Made by a program: the position numbers and the translations under genes. A stretch of DNA of 61,916 nt. Source: Enoplolaimus lenunculus. Its lineage: Eukaryota. Positions within the stretch are counted from its first letter, which is position 1; each line of letters opens with the position of its first letter. The stretch lies in the NCBI GenBank assembly GCA_030248215.1, contig JASANG010000424.1:496001-557916 (forward strand), written 5' to 3'. The notes beneath the pieces are model-generated. The model was given only the letters and a program-made list of their open reading frames with translations, was not told the DNA's origin and searched no databases. Shown one piece after another: positions 52,383 to 61,916 of the stretch.

Positions 52383-54157
52383 TTAAAATCCTTTTAAAAA
52401 TATTATTGAAGGCTTTTTGGATAGTCTTTTTCCACCAAATTATTTACTATTTCATCTGAAATCCAATTTCTTGCTAGTATTCAAACCCCTTTGTGTCTTG
52501 GAACGGCTGTGTTTCCCATGTCCGCAATAGATTTTAGGAGCTTGACGCTCGAGCCTGAGGGTCGCTCAAGTGTTGTGGCGAGATTTTGTACTGAGCATAC
52601 ACGTAGTAATTGTTAATCCCCACTCATTGTTTATAATAATGTGTACACAGATTGCACCGAGTTGCTCATAGTCTAGGAAAGGAATTAATAAACGAAACAT
52701 ATTGAATAAAATTGTGCAATATGTTATAAGTTTTGCGGCCTATGTTACTTTAACGGGCGTCCAGGTTTCTGGTGGGTCTATAAAAGAGTAAGTTTAGATT
52801 CGAGATTACATTTTTTGCTTAGGCTTAGGCATAGGTTTAGGTTTAGTAACACATTTTTGCAAGGCTTAGGCGTACAAGGAATACGCTTAATTTACTATTA
52901 CGCCCCTAAAAGTAACATTGGCCAGTTTTGCAATAAACAAATAGATACATGCAATAAAGACCAATATATCAACATAACTGTAAATAAATATCGCTTCATA
53001 AGCTTTTGGCGAGAATGAATGGTAAAAGGCATTTCAACGGCGCAGACTATAACCTGCTGCATTCTTGAGCACAAAAATGATTTTTTTCGCTAAATGCAAT
53101 GGCTACAAATGTATGAAGGTTATATCCACCAGAAATAAAATCCTTAGGTGCACTGCAAATTCCAGTGAATTGATTGTAATTTAGAGTGAGTTGAATCACT
53201 GAGCAGAAATCTGAATTGAGTACCTAAACTCATGATGAGTTAATCAACTCACAAGAAATTAAATCAGCTCAGAGTGAGTTAATGTTTTTACTGTTAGAAA
53301 CAACGAGATATGACTAATTTGTTTTCTGGTTTGAGTAAATCAACTCATTAGAAATTCCACAGTGTGCCCTATGGGATGCATATAATTGGCTAATGTAAAG
53401 AACAGGGGCGGAACAGTACTATATGCATATTCCTGAGCCTAAACCTGAGCCTAAGTCCAAGCGTAAGCGTTAAGAATGAGCATATTCCTAAGCCAAAGCA
53501 TAAGCCAGGCAAAAAATTTGTCATATATATATTATATATATTATATATATATTATATATATATTATATATATGTCTTCTAATATCCCCCATTCCCTGGTT
53601 TGGCTTTCAAACGTGAAATGCGAGCGATTTCGAGTGAAATACTGCGTAGAAAAAATATAAAATATATGCAATTTTTGTTAAAATATTGCAACTTATCTAT
53701 TATGTGTAGGTATAAATGATAAGTTCATGAAAAACTATATTATCGATATCGGTTTGTTAATATGTTTGTAAACGCAAGAAAAATATATCGCATCTTTCAT
53801 CACGTATAGAAACTGCACGTCACTGCCTTGCACTTGCACACAAACGCCTCTGTGGTGTTTGAGTCTTACGAGGTCAAGAATTGACGATTAAAAAGGTGAA
53901 AAACGCATATTTTAAATTTTAAATTTTTCCTTTTTACGATTAAAATGAAATTGTGAGGAAAAAATTTTGTCTTCTTTCACTGTAAATTCTAATGAGTTGA
54001 TTAATCAATTTACAGAGAGAATTATTGTTAATATTTTTGGCTATTTCTGAGTTAATAAGAGTAGATATTAACTCACACTGAGTCGATTTAATTCCGGCTG
54101 AGTTGACAAATTTACTCGTGATGAGTTAAATCAGTTCAGATTTCTGAGTTCTGAAAG

Positions 54158-55155
54158 CTCACACGTTACCATACGTGCACTCGGCACATCCATCGTCCCC
54201 CTATACTGTTTTAAAAAGGCTAACTATACTGTTATTGCGTAACTGTGTGCGGAAATTTTATCTCTAAATAAAAAATGTCCACATACAGTTTATTCCATTG
54301 ACGGACATTTTGAATACTGTTTGTGCATCATATATGTTAATATTAAATATAGAGTTGCGTGAATTGACGGACTTTGTCGTTACAACCTAAAAGGTGTCGC
54401 CAGAAAGCGCTAAATAAGATAATTAATTTAATGCCGAATTTAATTGCTTTTTGCATGTTCGCCAAAATTTCCTGCCAAAATTTGAATTTTTCCGCCAAAA
54501 TTTGAATTTTTCGCCAAAATGTGAATTTCCTGCCAAAATTGAATTTTCCAAACAAAATTTGAATTTTCCGCCAAAATTTGAATTTGCCGCCAAAAATTGA
54601 ATTTTCCCGCCAAAATTTGAATTTTCCCCCAAAATTTGAATTGGCCGCCAAAATTTGCATTTCCAGCCAAAACTTGAGTTTTCCCGCCTACATTTTAATT
54701 TGCCGCCAAAATTTGAATTTTCCGGCCAAAAATTTGAATTTACTACCAAAAATTGATTTTTCCCGCCAAAATTTAAATTTTCCAGGCAAAATTTGAATTT
54801 GCCCCTAAAATTTGAACTTTCCGCCCAAATTCAAATTTGCCGCCAAAATTTGAATTTCCTAAGTTTTGAATTTTCCCGCCAAAATTTGAATTTTCCCGCT
54901 AAGGTGTCCCTAATGTCTATCATATAAAAATATTGTCCACTACAATGTTCTTCAAACATTTCAATGTCCTAGACACTGTCACTGCAAAAAAGTCTTGTCC
55001 GTATAGAGTTTCCGTGAAACTCTGCGATGTCCGCGAATGGCGGTGATACTATTGGAAAATGAATGTTTTCGATAAAACATAAGCCGGACAAGCTATTAAA
55101 TTTCTTTTGGGACGGGGCATTTAGTGTGCCGAGTGCACGTATGGTAACGTGTGAG
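54158..55155. mobile_element. ~1-kb non-autonomous DNA transposon (family C) with 30-bp TIR and an internal ~20-bp AAAATTTGAATTTTCCCGCC array, nested in a family B MITE
   Basis: TIR CTCACACGTTACCATACGTGCACTCGGCAC; removing it rejoins the two halves of the family B copy 53978-55227. Confidence 0.9.
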
Positions 55156-55472
55156 TGACTTTACTCATGCGTCAGAGTTGATTCAACTTGTTCTAAGTTA
55201 AAATCAACTCACTGAAATTTTACAGTGCTCACTTTTTTGTTATACAAACAATTTTAAGTGTACTAGATTAAATAACGTTTCTAGCTAACATTTTTTCATT
55301 TATTTCAAAACAGGCACTGTACTGATCTGAATAACGGGAGGGCCGTAATAAGAATCCCGGGTCTCCGTATTTTCGGTCTGAATCAATAACAGTCTATTTT
55401 CCAGAATAGAGTCTGTATATAGATAGAGTCCAAATTACTTATTGGTCCATAAACGTCAATTACCTTAATTTA

Positions 55473-55473
<1 letters not shown>

Positions 55474-55562
<89 letters not shown>
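55474..55562. repeat. (AT)n microsatellite
   Basis: ~44 AT units; a shorter TA-rich tract lies at ~53523-53572. Confidence 0.95.
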
Positions 55563-55566
<4 letters not shown>

Positions 55567-57882
55567 GAAATGCTCTTGGAATAGACGAGTTTCAGATGAA
55601 CAAACTGGTAACAAGACGTGTCGAATATACAAACAAAGTATCGACTTTAAACACAGTCAGTGTCGAAATTAAAAAATAACCACATATATACAATTAACAT
55701 ACGCAGTACTTAAAAGTATTGACAATAGATGAACTTATATCTGCTTAAACACTATACAAGTTACATAAATGTTGAAATGTACTCATAAAGCAAGCAGGCT
55801 TCGTCTGTTAGAGAGTAACAACACAAAGAAAAAGTAAACAATCTTCAATCTTCAGAATTTGTCACTTACAAGTATAGAAGCAAATTTGTATATCGATATA
55901 TAAATCTTCTTCAACTTGATGGAAACATATAACACAAAAAATGTATTTACATCGCATACTGCACATAACAGACATACCAATATGCTTACAGTTATTACCC
56001 TGAAACTATGCTCGTCACAACTTTGGGTGTATATTCTATACCCGAATTTCGACTAAAACCCGTCGCGTTCTGCTTTCCATCTAATTGGCTACAAAATTTG
56101 GCGTTTTACACTGATTCTGTCTTAACTAACTTTGACCAAACCTGAAACAAATGTACGAAAAAAATGTCGAAAATACGCACTAGCTACGTAAAATCTTTAA
56201 TACAAGTTCCATTGGTTCCGGGTACGGAAGAATTTTTGTCGAAGGTTTCGGAAATTTCGGTAGGGAAATTTGGCATATTTTTGCAAAATTTTTCTGTTTG
56301 CTGCCATTCGTTTTAATTTTTGGCACAATTTTGAGGAAAACAGTAACGAGATTTTGTAAAAAAATATGCGAAAAGTCGAACGATTTCAGACAACACATTG
56401 CAGATATTTGCTAAAACTATTAACAAATTAAAACAATATTTTCGCTACCTTTCGTCTCACCTGAGTCTGCCTATAAAGATCCTGCATCAGCTTTTGAATT
56501 TGTTCATTTTGAAGCCTGCTTTCAGACCCAATTTTGTTCTGACATAAATTTTGGCTCCAATATAGTGTGTGGTTTGAGATCTTTTTGGTATTTATATTGT
56601 AAACATTTTTCTTAAAATCCCAGCCGTACATAAAAAGCCACCAAACTATAATTTGATGTAGGAATCTAAAACATTCATTGAAAATAAATTCGCTCTCGCG
56701 CAGTTTTTATACAAAAATCAGCTGTTGTTTGTAGTCTTGGATTCTTACAAAGGATTGTGTTGATATAATGTAACTTACACGTTATAATGCGTAAACTTCG
56801 CACATGCAACGATGCTATTTTTTGAAAAACAGTATAAATGTCCATACTGTTTAATACAAAAAGCAATTTTCATCGCATCACTTGCGACACAAATTGATGG
56901 ACATTTGGTCGTTTTCGGCAACGGTGTAGCGGACAAGTTAAACATCCACAAATAGTGTGTGGACTTCTAAAGTTTTCCAGGAAATTCAAACTGTGTGGGT
57001 GAATTTATAAAACTGCAGGAAATAACACTTTTGGCGCGAAAATTCAATTTTAGCCGGGAAATTCAAATTATGACAACAAAATCAAATTTTGGCGGGAAAA
57101 TTCAAATTTTGGAGGGAAATTTGAATTTTGGCCGGAAAATTCAAATTTTGGTGGGAAAATTCAAATTCTCGAGCAGGCTAGTAGCCAGCTCACCTTGCTA
57201 GGGGTGTGAAAATGTTTCAGGAGGGTGTTCAAGGCTTTTCAATGAGTTACATGCAAGGTTGAAAACTTTAGGAGGCCCAAGAGCTAAGACTTCTGGGTGG
57301 AGCAATTCATTCTGAGTTAAAATCAATTAACTAAAATTACAGTGCACAACAATCTGCATTTAAGTTTTCTTTTCACGGAACGAATCACATTTTTGTTCAA
57401 TAAAGAAAATATTGCAAACAAAGTAATGCTGGTAGTAAGTTGACCAAAATACATAAGCTTGTTGGGCATTACAGCTTAAGATTACCCACCGTAGTGTCTC
57501 GGTGAAACTGTCAGGAACAAAGTTTCAATCTATAAAACAAGTTTCGTAGGTATTGCTCTATTTTGGTGTGTAGCTGCGTTGTCGTATAGTACGTCACTGT
57601 ATAAAATGGTAAATTTAAATATATCTCCTCAAAACAGCGTAGGTTCTATATATCCGTTTATGAAGGGGCGTTGGTGGCAAATATTATACATCAGACAAAA
57701 AAATTTGCTGAATTTAGTGATACAAGCGATTTTTTAAACGACAACATTGGCTTACGGAAGTCAAAATTCGAAACAGAACCTTCCATATTACTACTGACTG
57801 ACAATTTCTACATTGCGTACACAAATTAAAGTAAACAATGCATTAAAACTCCGTGTAGTGATTTTTATTTTAAGGTTCATGT

Positions 57883-59914
57883 TCAGTCAAAACCATCACT
57901 GCTGTGCTCGAAAAACATGAAATCCTGAAAAAGAATTCAGATACATATACAGCTCCTCAGAGTAATCTTTTAAGCACTAATATGTATAAATTAGGAACAG
58001 TAACAACTCGCTTCACAATTATGTGCTAGTAAATGTTGTTGCAAAATCTGCAACCCTAAAACATTTCACCCAAACCCTTCTATTTTTGAAAATTGCGTAG
58101 TATATATGTTGTAGCCCAAGTCGTAAATTCGTCCCAATTTCGAATTGGGCTGTTCCAAAGCGGAACTAGGGACCTGGGCTAGCCCAAGGTGGAATCATAT
58201 CTGATAAAGCTGTGCGTTTTCTGATTGGTTATTTATAGCGGCAAATTAGCTTATTGAAACAGCAAATTATGTCACTCACACGTTACCAAACGTGTACTCG
58301 GCACACGAAATGTCCCCTCCCAAAATAAATTCAATAGCTTGTCCGGCTTATGTTTTATCGAAACCCTTCATTTTCCAACAGTATCGCCGCCATTCGCGGA
58401 CATCATAGAATTTCACGGAAACTCTATCCGGACAAAACTGTTTTGCAGTGACACTGTCTAGGACATTGAAATGTTCGAAAAACAGTGTAGCGGACAATAT
58501 TTTTATATGATAGACACATTAGGGATACCTAGCGGGGAAATTCAAATTTTGACGGGAAAATTCAAATTTTGGCAGGAAATTCAAATTTTAGCGAGAAATT
58601 CAAATTTTGGCGGGAAAATTCTAATTTTGGCGGCAAATTCAAATTTAGGCGGGAAAATTCAAATTTTGGCGGGAAAATCAAATTTTGGTGGGAATTCAAA
58701 TTTTGACGGGAAATTCAAATTTTGGCGGGAAAATTCAAACTTTGGCGGGAAATTCTAATTTTTGCAGGAAATTCAAACTTGGCGGCAAAATTCAAATTTT
58801 GGCGGCAAATTCAAATTTAGGCGGGAAAATTCAAATTTTGTCGGCAAATTCAAATTTTGGCGGGAAAAATCAATCTTTGGTGGTAAATTCAAGTTTTGGC
58901 TGGAAAATTATAATTTTAGCGCAAAATTCAAATTTTGGCGGCAAAATTAAAATTTTGGCGGAAAATTCAAATTTTGGAGGGAAAATTCAAATTTTGGCGG
59001 GAAATGTTGGCGAACTTGCAAAAAGCAACAAAATTTAATTACCTTACTTAGCGCTTTCCGGCGACACCTTTTAGACTGTAACGACAAAGTCCGACAATTC
59101 ACTTAACTCTATATTTAATATTAACATAATGCGCAAACAGTATACAAAATGTCCGTCAATGCAATAAACTCTATGCGGACATTTTTTATTTAGAGATAAA
59201 ATTTCCGCACACAGTTACACAATAACAGTATAGCTAACCTTTTAAAAACAGTATAGGGGGACGATGGATGTGCCGAGTGCACGTATGGTAACGTGTGAGC
59301 GACATTAGCTTCGGAAAACACACTGCTTGGTAACCAACAGATACTTAACGGTTACTTAGCCAATCAGAAAAGTGTATTCGCATCAGCCAATCGTATTTGA
59401 GTATGGCATTTAAGATTAAAGGTAACAACCAATCGCAAGGCGTGCACTTGTAGCAGAAAAAGAATTACGCCGTGCGCTAGCCCAAGTCGTAATTCCACGC
59501 TGGACTATCCCAATTCGGAATTGGGCTGCATTACGACTTCGCTACGACATATATTTCTTTTTCACTAATTCTTTGCTACATGGTGTACACTGTACATTGC
59601 CTTCCAAAGAATTTGTTCTTCTTTGAGAATGTGCGATGTCTCTCGTTTATATATGAAACGATACACAGCTGGAAACGTTGCCCAAAAGTCGTATATGAGG
59701 CGTTCCAGCTGTGATTCGTATTGGTAAATAGCAGATTTTATCATGGGCTTACAATTAAAAATGTCGCTCCAAGTAGCGTTGCCTTTGTCGCAATTGCTAA
59801 ATCACTTGGAAACGATATGCCGAAAACGTCTGCGTCAGACATTAATTCTTTGCCATACCCGCTCCACTGTTTCTTTATAAATCCAACTTGTTCATCTGTC
59901 TTCGCTGTTGTAAT
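57883..59914 (-). CDS. Phospholipid scramblase (PLSCR family), last two coding exons 59914-59753 and 57924-57883; 5'-partial
   Basis: Spliced translation ITTAKTDEQVGFIKKQWSGYGKELMSDADVFGISFPSDLAIATKATLLGATFLI|DFMFFEHSSDGFD* matches the scramblase signature KQWSG..E..DAD.FGI.FP.DL...K..L.GA.FLIDFMFFE. Confidence 0.93.
58107..59549. mobile_element. TA-flanked MITE (family E) interrupted by a family C element
   Basis: Imperfect TIR TGTTGTAGCCCAAGTCGTAA / TTACGACTTCGCTACGACA with TATA flanks; inside the last scramblase intron. Confidence 0.65.
58275..59299. mobile_element. Family C element, second copy, inverted relative to 54158-55155
   Basis: Same TIRs, arms and internal array in reverse complement; array remnant also at ~57028-57170. 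Confidence 0.9.
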
Positions 59915-61626
59915 CTGCAAAATAAAATTTCAATTTTGATACATACGTTTTTTATGAATGGCAAAATTTTGAATATCACTCAAACAAATTGCTAAATTTC
60001 TCAACTTAAAGCATATTTAATGCTGGTAGTCGTTTTAAAAGTCAGACTCCATTAATCAGTATAACCAAGAGTGGATAATACCTATTTAACAACAGTGTGC
60101 AATTGAGCACATTCTCTTTGGAAAAGAATGTACTTGGCACGCGTTGCGTTTTTGGCCAACCCCCCCCCCCCCTTCAAGAGTGTGCAACTGGGTACATTTT
60201 GTGTACAATTGAATGTACCCAGCGCACGTTGCGGTTTGGCCTACACCCCATTATTTAGAAGGGGGTTGAAGTTTGCACAGAGCCAAAGAAATATATGACA
60301 TACCATGCCAAAGAGTGCTCCGTATACGGTCTTAAAACTACAGAATATTATCATGGGACATGGACCCCTCCCTAAATAAGGGGGCGGCAGCAAAAATGCA
60401 TCGCATTATGGAACTTTTTGTACCACGCGAAATCCGACAGCTGCATTCGCCTGTCCGTAATCATCCACTTTTGGTATAACACAAAAACTCTGTACTGCAG
60501 GGTACTGTAAATGCCGCTAAGTTAAATAATCAACTCTGGCGGAAAGGTAGTTATTTCTGAGTTAACGACAGCGAACTTTGGGTCACTCTGCGAGTCTCGT
60601 TGATTCTTTTACTCTAAGTTGAATCGATTCCGGGAAGTTGATTAGTTAAATCTGAATAAAGTTGAATCAACTCAGAATTCTGATTTCTGATTGTCCTTCC
60701 TAACTCTCAGACTGAGTAATTCAACTCATTCTGAGTTAAAATCAACTCCCTGGAATTTACAGTGTAGTCAGATATGCTTTTGAATAACTCGTACACTGCC
60801 GTGGAAACACCCTGATAGCGCCGACCGCGGGACCAAATATTCAGGAATGCCACACATACGTGTAGGTGGCTATGCCACACTTAAACCTATTTCAAACTAA
60901 AAACTAAAACTAAAAATAAAACCCTATATCAAAACCACACCTTAAGGGAGTTCCTGGCTCCACCTAGTCTCTCTTAGAACTTAAGTTAGGCTTAGGCGTT
61001 GCTACAGGGCGTAGAAATTTGTAAAACTATGTTATGGCGGCTGTGTCCGCAATGTAAACTTACCTGGGGCCCTGCGTGGCCAATTCGTACTTGTTGATTA
61101 GTATTGCGTATGGAGTTGGCCTAATCTGCGGATAACGACATAGCTAGGCTATGTCAGCACCAATATGGTGCTTTAGTATTGTGTGTCTCCGGCGTAATTG
61201 TTGTTGTTGTTGTGAAACCGGGTGTGTGGCTCTGGACCTCAACCGCATTGCGGACACCCAATTGTGGGTGTCGGCAAAAATGCAAATGAGGTCGAGATGC
61301 CGAAATGGGTAGCCAGGACCGGAATCATTCTTAATCTTGAGCTAGTACTGAACGGTTGCGTTTTATTTTTGGTGCTCTACACATATTCTTACTGGTTACG
61401 GTTGCATTAAGTTTTACGGTTGGATTGTGAGCGAGACTTGGGTAAGTAGGATTTAACGGATTTAAGTTAAGAATAGTCACGGAGGCGTGTAGTATGTGAA
61501 GGAATTACGGCGTTACGGATTTAATCGGCATTGCGCAAGGCGCGGTATTTACCCAGTATAGAATACTGGTGTCATGTGTTAAAGGAACTTGGGGTATTAA
61601 AGGAAACCTGGGAAAAAGTAGTCTAA

Positions 61627-61768
61627 TAAATCTAACGGGGTTAGATTTATTATTCTACAACGGCTGGGCCAAATCTAACGGGGTTAGATTGGTCGGAAAT
61701 TTGGTGTAACTCTAACGGGGTTAGAGTACACGGTTTTACGGGGTGTAATTCTAACGGGGTTAGAATTG
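61627..61768. repeat. Four spaced copies of the hairpin motif TCTAACGGGGTTAGA
   Basis: Directly visible at ~61630, 61674, 61711, 61750; probably the interior of a MITE. Confidence 0.7.
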
Positions 61769-61916
61769 CACGGATTCTGGAAAACGGCAAAAGTATTGGG
61801 TACGGTAAAGCCAGTGGCTGGATTAAATCAGATTCAGACGTCGGCTTTAAGGATTCCGGCTCGGGTTACCAGTTAAATTGCATAACCTGTGATTTGCTGG
61901 CCTTAATTTTGGGTAT

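Noticed and set aside
54343..59038. KFKFWRENSNFGG-type ORFs
   Set aside because: Translations of the family C internal tandem array.
61064..61120. Possible upstream scramblase exon ending CAG|GTAAGT
   Set aside because: Its translation lacks the Cys-rich/DxDF segment expected before the 59914 exon; upstream exons probably lie outside the window.

Overview
AT-rich, intron-containing animal genomic DNA, most likely a nematode. That assignment is an inference from the ODC and sulfotransferase motifs and from degenerate TTAGGC repeats. By joining GT-AG splice sites by hand with phase checks I reconstructed five protein-coding genes: (1) a Sulfotransfer_2-type carbohydrate sulfotransferase with a Q/R-rich stem (+, 5' part outside the window); (2) a 9-exon ornithine decarboxylase with intact catalytic Lys and Cys (-); (3) a 4-exon ~1640-aa low-complexity protein of unknown function (+) with an antisense 5'-truncated LINE in intron 3; (4) a 9-exon synaptotagmin-15-like TM-C2A-C2B gene (+); (5) the last two exons of a phospholipid scramblase (-). 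Introns and intergenic DNA are full of MITE families (some nested), a fold-back element, an 18-bp palindromic minisatellite and tRNA-derived repeats. The most interesting signal is the ODC 5' leader: ~590 nt of spliced, completely AUG-free sequence carrying an intron-spanning, AUU-initiated 47-codon uORF that ends Pro-Pro-stop, followed by further Pro-stop mini-ORFs. This is a candidate polyamine/eIF5A-sensing translational control element resembling, but differing from, the PPW-type uCC of AZIN1/ODC mRNAs. All gene models are manual and unverified by transcript data.
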